From assembly GCA_963790475.1 (NCBI GenBank), contig CAWBOS010000010.1, forward strand, positions 960,001 through 1,024,000: a DNA stretch of 64,000 bases. The letters are read 5' to 3'. The notes below the pieces were generated by a model. The model saw only the letters and a list, made by a program, of their open reading frames with translations. It was not told where the DNA came from and searched no databases. The DNA comes from an uncultured delta proteobacterium (GTDB taxonomy: Bacteria > Desulfobacterota > RBG-13-43-22). How positions within the stretch are numbered: position 1 is the first letter of the stretch; every line of letters begins with the position of its first letter. Made by a program: the position numbers and the translations under genes. This document shows positions 39,658 to 48,898 of this stretch, piece by piece.

Positions 39658-42201
39658 ATGCCTCCGCCGGAATTAATAATAGTCCAAAGGTCAAAGCAGA
39701 AAGCCTTGGCCTGTTTTTATCGAGACTTGATGGAAAATCAAATTTCCAGATTTATTATTTCAAAAATTAATCTGGCAAAAAACCTTGCCGGATTTTTTTC
39801 ATTAAAAGACTATACCCTTTTTCCCCAAAAAAAGATTAAACCCATTTTCTTTTTTTTTATCTTGCCCCTTTCCCTAAACCTTTTTCCCCCCCTTTCGGTG
39901 CAGGCCATGGAAACCATCATCCCTGTTGTTTATCTGAATGAAGAGCAAAAGGGAGAATTTTTTATCAAAATGACAGAAGATCATGATTTTCTGATCAAGG
40001 TGGAGGATCTAAAAGAAATCGGTTTGTTGGACCCCCAAGGTAAATTATATAACATTGAAGGAATATCCTACTTATCCCTGAAATCCATACCCCAAATCAA
40101 AATATCTTTTGATGAAGGCAAGCAGGCACTCAAGATACAAGCCCCTCCCGAATTCCTGGCCAAAACTGTTCTTGACTTTTCCAATAAGCGGCCCAAAAAC
40201 ATTAACTATCCCAAGGACAATAGTTTTTTTTTAAATTATGGAATCCAATACTCGGCCGGCACCGGATTCAGGTTCGACAATATTTCGACCACCACTCAAC
40301 TCGGAGTCAGGGCGGGCAATTTTATTTTTCTATCCGATTCCATCCTATCGGCGAGTGAAACGGAAACCAAGTTTAACCGCCTGATGACCAGCATTACTTA
40401 TGACGATAGACAGCGGATGAACACCTATGTTTTTGGTGATCTGTATGCAACATCGGGCAGTCTTGGATCTTGTCTTCTTCTGGGGGGCTTGAGTTTTTCG
40501 AAAAATTATTCCGCCGATCCTTATATTATCAAAAGACCGGTACAAGGATATCAAGGGTATGTAAACACACCATCGGAAATCAGTATATATCTTAACGGAG
40601 CAAGAATTGGAAATGAACGAATGCCCGCCGGGGGATTTGATCTGAGAAATATAATGGGTTATAACGGTCTCCAGGATTTGGATATCGTAATTAAAGACGC
40701 CTTTGGACGCGAACAGCACATTGCCAATCCCTTTTATGTCTCTGATTCCCTTTTGGCCAAAAGTTTTCATGACTTTAGTTATAATATCGGTTTCTTAAGA
40801 GAAAATATCGGTTCTAATAAGGACCAGTATAACGACCCGGTCTTTATAGGCTTTCACCGCTATGGCTTGACCAATAACCTGACCATTGGCGCTAGTGGAG
40901 AAGCCGGAAGCGGGCTGTATAATTTCGCTCCATCCGTTGCCTATGGAAGTCAATTGGGTATTTTTGAATTCGTCTTGGCCGGCAGCCGAAATGAAAAAGA
41001 AAAAACCGGTTTCGCCGGTTCAGCCGATTATACGTTTAATATCAAAAGATTTAATGCGAGAATTGGGGCTACGAGTTACTCGGAAGATTATTCCACCCTT
41101 TCCCAAGCCACCAGTCCCAATCCAGAAAACATAGAAAAACCAAAGCTGGAATTCGGCGCCGGTTTAGGTTTTGGAACAAAATCTTTCGGATCTATGGCTC
41201 TCAATTATACAAAAACAATTAAATATAATAATAAAGAAAAAGAGATGATGGGTTTAATGTATTCCAAGGGCATCGGGCAAAAATTTTCTTTGACTATTTC
41301 AATGGACCAAACCAGTGAAAGTGGATCGGATAACAATAAAAGCGAGCTTGGATTTTTTGTCAGCCTAACCTACTACCCCTGGAAAGAAACCATCATGACC
41401 AACACCGGCATGAGTGGGGATAGTTTCCGCGGAAACTTTCAAATTCAAAAAAACGCTCCTATTGGCGAAGGTTACGGTTACAGAGCCGCGGTTGATATGA
41501 GGAACGAAAAGGATGGACTCGAAACCAGTCTCAGACCCTATTTTCAGTATAACGGAATGTATGGAATATATTCCACTGAAGTCTCAGCTCAATTCGGGAG
41601 GTCCCAAGAAATTCAAACCTATCAATTCAACGCTTCGGGGGCCGTCGTTTACGTCGGCAATAGTTTCGGCTTCACCCGTCCGATCGATGACAGTTTTGCT
41701 CTAGTCAAGGTAGCCCAGGTCCCCGGTGTGCGAGTCTATCACAATAACCAGGAGATCGGAAAAACGGACCAGTTTGGTAAACTCGTGGTGCCGAATTTCC
41801 ATTCCTATGATGCCAATCAGATCAGGATCGACGATAAGGACATACCTTTGGATTATGCAATTACCGATGTAACCAGATATATTTCCCCAGCGTGGCGCAC
41901 CGGCACTCTGGTCAAGTTTGAGGCCAAGAAAGTTCAGGCCTTTACCGGGAGGCTATTGATTGAAAAAGAAGGCAAGATTCTGCCTTTGGAATATCATCGG
42001 ATCACCATGAAGTTAAACGGCAAAACGCTTACCTTTCAAACCGGCCGGGATGGGGAGTTTTTTATTGAGGATGCTTTAGCCGGCAGTTTTAAGGCGTCTT
42101 TCAAATATGAGGGGAAAGTGCATACCTTTGATATTAACATACCCAAAAGCGATGAAATCATCATCGATGCAGGAGAAATCCATGTCCAAGTACAGCCTTA
42201 G
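39658..42201 (+). CDS. Fimbrial outer-membrane usher (CsuD-like); true start probably further downstream
   Basis: About 800 aa beta-rich; FLNYG, LGGLSFSKNY, KDAFGRE, RYGLTNNLT, RPIDDSFALV. Confidence 0.88.
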   Translation: MPPPELIIVQRSKQKALACFYRDLMENQISRFIISKINLAKNLAGFFSLKDYTLFPQKKIKPIFFFFILPLSLNLFPPLSVQAMETIIPVVYLNEEQKGEFFIKMTEDHDFLIKVEDLKEIGLLDPQGKLYNIEGISYLSLKSIPQIKISFDEGKQALKIQAPPEFLAKTVLDFSNKRPKNINYPKDNSFFLNYGIQYSAGTGFRFDNISTTTQLGVRAGNFIFLSDSILSASETETKFNRLMTSITYDDRQRMNTYVFGDLYATSGSLGSCLLLGGLSFSKNYSADPYIIKRPVQGYQGYVNTPSEISIYLNGARIGNERMPAGGFDLRNIMGYNGLQDLDIVIKDAFGREQHIANPFYVSDSLLAKSFHDFSYNIGFLRENIGSNKDQYNDPVFIGFHRYGLTNNLTIGASGEAGSGLYNFAPSVAYGSQLGIFEFVLAGSRNEKEKTGFAGSADYTFNIKRFNARIGATSYSEDYSTLSQATSPNPENIEKPKLEFGAGLGFGTKSFGSMALNYTKTIKYNNKEKEMMGLMYSKGIGQKFSLTISMDQTSESGSDNNKSELGFFVSLTYYPWKETIMTNTGMSGDSFRGNFQIQKNAPIGEGYGYRAAVDMRNEKDGLETSLRPYFQYNGMYGIYSTEVSAQFGRSQEIQTYQFNASGAVVYVGNSFGFTRPIDDSFALVKVAQVPGVRVYHNNQEIGKTDQFGKLVVPNFHSYDANQIRIDDKDIPLDYAITDVTRYISPAWRTGTLVKFEAKKVQAFTGRLLIEKEGKILPLEYHRITMKLNGKTLTFQTGRDGEFFIEDALAGSFKASFKYEGKVHTFDINIPKSDEIIIDAGEIHVQVQP

Positions 42202-42652
42202 TTTATTAATGGTAATCGCTTCTTTTTTTCTTATAGGGGAAGCTTATGCCGCTACCAATGACTGTAATTTCCAAACAGTAACCGATGTCAACTTTGGAAG
42301 TTATGATGTCCTTTCCAGTCTTAATAATGATTCAACAGGAGGTTTTAGAGTAGATTGTACTGCCACTTGGACTACAGTTACCTCTTCCATCGGCGTAAGC
42401 CCCAATTCCGGAGGATTCAATCCCAGGAGCATGAAATTAACCAGCGGAACGGATTTGCTCGATTACTATCTTTATACCAATTCCTCCCGATCTACAATCT
42501 GGGGAGACGGCACCCAGGGGTCCTCAACCGTCACCGTCAGTATTCAAAAAAACCACCCCTGGACCGGAACGATCTACGGACGAATTCCACCTGGACAAAA
42601 CGTCGGGGTTGGGAATTATGGAGAAGTCCTGGTTATTACGATAAACTATTAG
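42182..42652 (+). CDS. Csu/SCPU family minor pilin
   Basis: Signal peptide, two Cys, NFGSYD, LDYYLY, IYGRIPPGQ, terminal Tyr; GGAG RBS before ATG 42182. Confidence 0.85.
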   Translation: MSKYSLSLLMVIASFFLIGEAYAATNDCNFQTVTDVNFGSYDVLSSLNNDSTGGFRVDCTATWTTVTSSIGVSPNSGGFNPRSMKLTSGTDLLDYYLYTNSSRSTIWGDGTQGSSTVTVSIQKNHPWTGTIYGRIPPGQNVGVGNYGEVLVITINY

Positions 42653-42739
42653 GGAGATTAAAAGAAAGAAATTGGTAGCTGAAGTCTAAAGTCTTCTATC
42701 CCCAAAAACACTCCAGACATTCACCTCCGAATTAAAGGC

Positions 42740-43276
42740 TTATTTCTTTTTCCGCTGAAAATCCAGATATTCTATCGGTTGGGCTGAAATGGAAAAGGGC
42801 CAGGAATAGGTCCCTGGATTCGCATTCTCGGGGAGAATGCCTTTATAGCTTAATTCAACCACCATTTTACCATTGCGAGTATAAGGTTGACGAATAAAGG
42901 CATTGCCTGAATCAAGCTGAACCGGACGGTCCAAGCCCTGAATATGGACCTCCTTAAAAGGTCCTAAGGATCCTTCAAAGGCCAGTAGGTATCCACTCGG
43001 ATTGTTGCTTTCCACCTCCAGAAGGGAAGCTGAAGGTAAAACAATATAACCTCTTTCAATATCCGGTTTCGTAAGGGTGATCTCCGGTTGCTGATAAATG
43101 ACCTTCAGGCGAAGGCGCGGAGTAACTACCGCTTTGACTGTTATGTTGGGTGAGACTGTGCCAGCTAAAGATTGGCTGACGAGCAGGGAGGCACTGAAGG
43201 ACAAAATCAAGGCCAGGGTAGTAATACAAAGACGATACCTTTTTAAGTAGGGAGAATACATAAGGTTGAGACCCAA
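42740..43276 (-). CDS. Secreted beta-rich hypothetical protein (paralog of 43369-43857)
   Basis: Signal-like N-terminus; DIERGYI, SNNPSGYLLAFEG, FKEVHIQGL, PGTYSWPFSIS. Confidence 0.7.
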   Translation of the reverse strand: MGLNLMYSPYLKRYRLCITTLALILSFSASLLVSQSLAGTVSPNITVKAVVTPRLRLKVIYQQPEITLTKPDIERGYIVLPSASLLEVESNNPSGYLLAFEGSLGPFKEVHIQGLDRPVQLDSGNAFIRQPYTRNGKMVVELSYKGILPENANPGTYSWPFSISAQPIEYLDFQRKKK

Positions 43277-43368
43277 TGGTAACTCCTTTCTAAGCTTATG
43301 TTTTTGGTAGATAACCCAATAAGATCTTGCAGATTTGATTTTAGGCCTTGGAAAAATTTCAAGAGAAC

Positions 43369-43857
43369 TTATATCGGATCGACGGAGATAGAGAGGGGCC
43401 AGGAGTAGGAACCTGGTTTTGTATCTTCGGTGAGGATAAACCGGTAACTCAAATCCACATACACCTTCCCTCTTACAGACGGCTGGTGAACAAAGGCATG
43501 ACCGGAAGTAAGCTGAACCGGATTGGCCAGCCCTTGGATCTGAACCTCTTTAAAAGGCCATATGGATCCTTCAAAGTTTATCATATATCCGTTGGTGGAG
43601 TTGGTTTTCAGTTCCAGGCGGGAGGCCGAATGAACATCGAGGTAACCCCTTTGAACGTCCGTTACAGTGATCGTGATCTCCGAGGCCTGTGAGAGGAGAT
43701 TAAACTGCAGGTAAGGCAGGACTCTGGCAGAGACGGTCAATCTTGCCGTCCTCATAACGGCGTAGGTTTCCTGAGCACTCAGGAAAGCCATTAGAAACCA
43801 TGCCGCTACGAGGGCAGCAAAACCAATCGAACACCTTTTCAGTTTAGGAGGATACAT
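43369..43857 (-). CDS. Secreted beta-rich hypothetical protein (paralog of 42740-43276)
   Basis: Signal peptide; DVQRGYL, TNSTNGYMINFEG, FKEVQIQGL, PGSYSWPLSIS. Confidence 0.72.
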   Translation of the reverse strand: MYPPKLKRCSIGFAALVAAWFLMAFLSAQETYAVMRTARLTVSARVLPYLQFNLLSQASEITITVTDVQRGYLDVHSASRLELKTNSTNGYMINFEGSIWPFKEVQIQGLANPVQLTSGHAFVHQPSVRGKVYVDLSYRFILTEDTKPGSYSWPLSISVDPI

Positions 43858-44106
43858 AGGCTTGGGACCTGTTTTGTAACCTTCCCCTTTTCTGTTACTT
43901 CTTTCTTAATATACTCCCCGTCAAAAATCAAACAAAAACTATTTTTTTTTGGCTTTTTAACGATAACGCCAAATCGCCGTCAGATTAATAAGGGAACCCT
44001 TTGGGGATTTTTGAACATATTCCCTCCCCCAATGTGATTAAGGGGAGGGAATTTAGGGTTAGACGCTTATTTTGACATCATTAAAAATTATTCATTTAAT
44101 TTAAAA

Positions 44107-44122
44107 TGCAATTTTAGCGCCA
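44107..44122 (-). promoter_or_regulatory. Sigma54 (-24/-12) promoter
   Basis: Minus strand TGGCGCTAAAATTGCA = TGGC-N7-TTGCA with canonical spacing, 250 nt upstream of 43857. Confidence 0.7.
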
Positions 44123-44596
44123 AATAGTTGCCTCCCAACTAACTTATTAATAAAACAAATAAATTACTAAACGGTAATCTTTCCTTTTGTTTTGAAACGG
44201 GCAAAAATGGGTAAAATGGAAGGATTTTACCTAAAATATGCTAATTTTTACATAAAAGTGGAGGATTTTTGACACTTTGGGATTTATTGGCAGGGGTTGC
44301 GCTCTTGCCTTGAAAAAGGTTCTTTAGAAAAGATAAAATAATCAGCCCTACCTTATCAACCACTAAAGTTAGGGGCAAGAGAACCGATAAAAGAACTAAC
44401 GCCTGGAGTTTTAATTTCTATGAGGGATCGTAACTATATTAGGTACTTCGACCGTCTACCCCCCACTCCTTTACCAAAGGGGAGAGAGGGTTTTCGCATA
44501 TTCAAATAAAAACTTTGCTGTATTAGTTCAGTCAAGTTAAAAAAAATCTACAGCCCGCCGTCAAAGGGAATAATCCTGAATATTCAAACTGTGAAT

Positions 44597-44701
44597 ATGA
44601 ATGTGGAAGAAATATCAGACTGGCTGCATACCCGGCCGTCGACCATTTACAGCTTTTGCCGCCGCGGAGAGATCCCTTGCATCAAAATCGGATGGCAATG
44701 A
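44597..44701 (+). pseudogene. Excisionase-like HTH_17 (MerR-type) DNA-binding domain remnant
   Basis: MNVEEISDWLHTRPSTIYSFCRRGEIPCIKIGWQ* then WRV-like continuation after a 1-nt shift. Confidence 0.55.
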
Positions 44702-44980
44702 GGGTATTGCCACAGACCCACCCGGGCAACCTGAGACCATTGCCCCCAGGGGCCTTTCCCAAGGAGAACCTGATTAGCAGAAAGGCCAGCCAGGTACTGA
44801 TTGGTTGGACGTCGATCAGTACCTATTCTTACATTGGTTATTGCCCGCTTTGCCTATGGCAAAAATATTGCTTTGTTTTTCTTCAAAAATTGAATTAATG
44901 ATTGGATTACATAGTATAGGGGTAATATGTCAAGACACGGGAGAAGGCGATAGAAGATTTCTGAGGAGGCGAATGATTAC

Positions 44981-45808
44981 TCACGAAGCGAAAAATTTTT
45001 CTGCCTCTATCCTTGCCCCGTAAAGTTTTTCACCGATAACGGCCAATTCTTTAAAGTCTATCCCGAGTTCCAGGAGAAGGGCATCATGCTCCATCGTCCA
45101 CAGCCCATCGTCTTCAATCCGTGGGCTGTACATTCGGGACATGGCTTCGGCCAGGGAGACAATGGCAATGGAATCCCTGAATTCCTTCGCTTGCGAAGGA
45201 CTGTGATGGCACCTGGTGGTTGAAATAATCTCCGATGGTAAACCGGCTTCCTCTGCCAGCCAGGCCCCGGCATCGGCATGCGTACAACCGAAAAGCTCCA
45301 TTTCTTTTTCGAGCATATCGTCGGTGGTGGGAATTTTGAAAAATTCATCATGGTCCATTTTATAAAAAATAATCCTTCCGATGTCATGAAGCAGGCCTGA
45401 AAGAAAACACTCCCGGGGAGAAGTCATGGTAATACGGTCTGAAATGACTGAAGCAATTAAGGCCACCTCATAACAGTGAATCCATAAAAATTTAATGTTG
45501 AAAGTGCCGGTATGGGGGAATATGGTCATAACATTCATGCCGACCGCTATTGATTTGATCCTTTCAAAACCCAAAAACATAATGGCCTGTCTGATATCCC
45601 GAATCTGACCGGAATGCCCGAAAAAAGGTGAATTAGCTGCCCTTATGACCCGTTCGGCAATAGCTTGGTCGTGGGCGATCAAACCATCAAGATCTTCCAG
45701 GGAGCAATCCTTTTTTTGAACAATAGAGAGGATCTTTCCCACCAACACCGGAATGGTGGAAAGGCCTTCGATATTTTCAATAAAATCCTTTACCTCGGAA
45801 GCACTCAT
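44981..45808 (-). CDS. Stand-alone HDOD-domain protein
   Basis: DQAIAERVIRAANSPFF, WIHC, GLLHDIG, FGCTHADAG, CHHSP. Confidence 0.9.
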   Translation of the reverse strand: MSASEVKDFIENIEGLSTIPVLVGKILSIVQKKDCSLEDLDGLIAHDQAIAERVIRAANSPFFGHSGQIRDIRQAIMFLGFERIKSIAVGMNVMTIFPHTGTFNIKFLWIHCYEVALIASVISDRITMTSPRECFLSGLLHDIGRIIFYKMDHDEFFKIPTTDDMLEKEMELFGCTHADAGAWLAEEAGLPSEIISTTRCHHSPSQAKEFRDSIAIVSLAEAMSRMYSPRIEDDGLWTMEHDALLLELGIDFKELAVIGEKLYGARIEAEKFFAS

Positions 45809-46048
45809 TCTTTTTATTCCAAGCTGTTTAATCTTTTATTATCCTGAGGCTTATCTTTTTCGATCTCTTACGGTCCGGGATCCCGGTTACTTTCAATGGT
45901 CAGGCCTAGTCTGTGTCCCCCTTTATGAGGAAGCCTCCTTTTTATAAATCCATACAATAGATTTTTGACGATTTTTTCTGAATCATTTAGGACTACCCTT
46001 TATTTATCGGCACAATACTTGAAAAACTTTAAAAGATCGCTCCCGTCA

Positions 46049-47731
46049 CTATCGGGTTAAATGCCGGTACTTGAGGCGATGAGGCTGATCGGCCGCAGCT
46101 CCCAGGCGGGCCTTCCGGTCGGCTTCATACTCGGAATAGTTGCCGTCAAAGAAAAGGCACTGACTCTCCCCTTCAAAGGCCAAAATGTGGGTGACGATTC
46201 TATCTAGAAACCAGCGGTCATGGCTGATCACCAGGGCGCAGCCGCCGAAATTCTCCAGCGCGTCTTCCAGGGCCCTCATGGTATTGACGTCCAGATCATT
46301 GGTCGGTTCGTCAAGCAGAAGCACATTGGCCCCTTCTTTCAAAATACGAGCCAAGTGGACCCGGTTACGCTCTCCCCCGGAAAGCAGGCCCACCTTTTTC
46401 TGTTGATCGTTACCGGAAAGATTGAACCTGGAAACGTAGGCCCGGGAGTTGATTTCTCTGCTGCCCAGGGTGATAATATCCTGTCCCCCGGAAATCATTT
46501 CCCAGATTGTTTTTTCGGGATCGAGCACATCACGACTCTGGTCCACATAGGCCAGTTTGACCGTTTCTCCGATCTTGAGCGTACCCGAGTCCGGCTTTTC
46601 CTGGCCGGTTATCAAACGAAAGAGCGTAGTTTTGCCGGCACCGTTGGGGCCTATGACCCCTACGATTCCTCCCGGGGGTATATTAAATGAAACCTTTTCC
46701 ATGAGAATCTTCTCTCCATAGGCTTTGCTTAAGTTATCGGCCTGGATGACCAGGTTCCCCAATCGTGGGCCGGGGGGAATATAGATTTCCAATTCTTTAT
46801 CTCTTTTTTCAATCTCTTGATTTATCAGGGCCTCATAAGAATTAATCCGGGCCTTGGCCTTGGTATGCCGCCCTTTGGGGGACATGCGGATCCATTCTAA
46901 TTCGTGCTGTAATGTCCTCTGGCGTTTGCTTTCGCTTTTTTCTTCCTGACGCAGCCGATTCTGTTTTTGCTCCAGCCAGGAGGAATAGTTACCCTTCCAG
47001 GGGATCCCCTCCCCACGGTCCAGTTCCAGTATCCATCCGGCCACGTTGTCTAAGAAATAACGGTCATGGGTTACGGCAATGACGGTCCCGGCATACCGCT
47101 GAAGGTGGCTTTCCAGCCAGGCAACAGATTCGGCATCGAGGTGGTTGGTAGGTTCATCCAAAAGGAGAATGTCCGGCTTTTGAAGCAAAAGCCGGCAGAG
47201 GGCCACCCGCCGCCTTTCTCCCCCAGACAAGATCTTGACCGCTGTTTCCCCAGGCGGGCAACGCAGGGCATCCATGGCCATATCCAGTTTGGAATCCAGT
47301 TCCCAGGCATCTTGGGCCTCCAGCTTTTCCTGGACTTCGGCCTGGTGTTCGATGAGCTTATCCATAGCCTCACCCGACATCGGTTCGGCAAATTTTTCAT
47401 TTATCCGGTTAAACTCATTTAGCAGATCAACCGTGGCCTGGACCCCTTGTTCCACTATTTCTTTCACCGTTTTACTGTCGTCAAGGACCGGCTCCTGTTC
47501 CAGCAAACCCACGGTATGCCCGGGGGAAAGGATGGTCTGGCCGTTGAAATCCAGGTCTTTTCCGGCCAGGATTCGGAGCAGGGAGCTTTTTCCCGATCCG
47601 TTCAAACCCAGGACTCCTATTTTTGCCCCGTAAAAATAAGAGAGGGACATATCTTTCAATACCGGTTTTTTATCATAGTATTTGCTGACTTTGATCATTG
47701 AATAAATGACTTTATTCGGTTCAGTAGCCAT
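46049..47731 (-). CDS. ettA: ABC-F translation throttle EttA
   Basis: Two ABC domains, GLNGSGKS, LSGGERRRVALCRLLL, ELDRGEGIPWKGNYSSWLEQK. Confidence 0.95.
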   Translation of the reverse strand: MATEPNKVIYSMIKVSKYYDKKPVLKDMSLSYFYGAKIGVLGLNGSGKSSLLRILAGKDLDFNGQTILSPGHTVGLLEQEPVLDDSKTVKEIVEQGVQATVDLLNEFNRINEKFAEPMSGEAMDKLIEHQAEVQEKLEAQDAWELDSKLDMAMDALRCPPGETAVKILSGGERRRVALCRLLLQKPDILLLDEPTNHLDAESVAWLESHLQRYAGTVIAVTHDRYFLDNVAGWILELDRGEGIPWKGNYSSWLEQKQNRLRQEEKSESKRQRTLQHELEWIRMSPKGRHTKAKARINSYEALINQEIEKRDKELEIYIPPGPRLGNLVIQADNLSKAYGEKILMEKVSFNIPPGGIVGVIGPNGAGKTTLFRLITGQEKPDSGTLKIGETVKLAYVDQSRDVLDPEKTIWEMISGGQDIITLGSREINSRAYVSRFNLSGNDQQKKVGLLSGGERNRVHLARILKEGANVLLLDEPTNDLDVNTMRALEDALENFGGCALVISHDRWFLDRIVTHILAFEGESQCLFFDGNYSEYEADRKARLGAAADQPHRLKYRHLTR

Positions 47732-47902
47732 TGGGTCTATACACCTCCTGTTACCAGTCCATTATTGCAGGAAAAACATTTTTTCTTAGATTTTAATAGT
47801 CGTTTTTGAGTAATTAATTTTTCGATTATTATTCTTCCATCTTGAAAATGATCGCAAACACCCCGGCCTTTTTGACTCCAATTTTTCGCAGCAGCGAATG
47901 AG

Positions 47903-48532
47903 TCATCCCCATTCCTTCACATACCGGGGAGCCTTTCCATACTCAGATAATCGGCCGTAGGATTTAGGGGAAGGATAATACTCAACCCCGAACTGAATCC
48001 TGCCGGCTATCTCTTCGCCGGCGGCATCGGCTACGAAAGCCAAAGCCAGGTCGATACCGGCCGAGACACCGGCGGATGTCCAGATAGGACCGTCTTTCAC
48101 TATCCGCTCCTCAACGACTGTCACATCACCCAACTCCCGCAAACGGTCAAGAGATGCCCAGTGTGTTGTGGCCCGCCGTCCGGACAGCAGACCGGCACGA
48201 TGCAGGATGAAGGCCCCGGTGCATACGGATAGAACGGCCTGGCAGTATTGAGCCTGTTCAGTGACAAAGCGGATTAAAACCTCATTATCCACTTCTTTCC
48301 TTGTGCCTTGACCGCCGGGAATAAGCAGGTAATCCAACGGGGGGGACTCCGAAAAAATGATCTGAGGATTAATGGACAACCCCTTGTTGCATATCACCGG
48401 TCCCGGTTTCTCAGAAATCATAAAGCAATTTTCAGGTCCCTGGGCAATCCGGCCCCAATATCGTATAATCTCCCAGGGGCCGACAAGGTCAAGTTCTTCC
48501 AGTTCCGGGAAAATCAAAAATCCAAAATTCAT
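47903..48532 (-). CDS. DJ-1/PfpI family protein (isonitrile hydratase-like)
   Basis: EELDLVGP, PGG, SVCTGA nucleophile Cys, ATTHW, AGVSAGID. Confidence 0.88.
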   Translation of the reverse strand: MNFGFLIFPELEELDLVGPWEIIRYWGRIAQGPENCFMISEKPGPVICNKGLSINPQIIFSESPPLDYLLIPGGQGTRKEVDNEVLIRFVTEQAQYCQAVLSVCTGAFILHRAGLLSGRRATTHWASLDRLRELGDVTVVEERIVKDGPIWTSAGVSAGIDLALAFVADAAGEEIAGRIQFGVEYYPSPKSYGRLSEYGKAPRYVKEWG

Positions 48533-48898
48533 AGCGAATCCTACTGAACCACAGCTTTTTCGATTAAACCTGAGGCTCTGTCAAAAATCCAGATAATATG
48601 AATTTTCCATTGGATGGATCAGCCCCGCCCGAGCGGGGCTGATATCTCTTGACATTAACCCATGATCAGGCAAGATCCCTGACTTGTTAAAACGAAATTT
48701 AAGCGGTCGAATAAGGCTCAAATTCAAACCAGTAGGATCACAGGTTCAAATGAGGGTCCCCGGAGGCCAAGGTTTGGTGATTTGGAATTAGATCTTTCGG
48801 ATATTTTTTCGGATCTCGTGCTTCGTATTTCAAGACTTCGGTAAGTGGCCGAAAAGAGCCAGGGGAAGCTCTCAATAGTTCACCATGAAATACGACCT

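Noticed and set aside
44699-44701. TGA in the HTH remnant as selenocysteine
   Set aside because: The position corresponds to a conserved Trp, and homology continues in another frame
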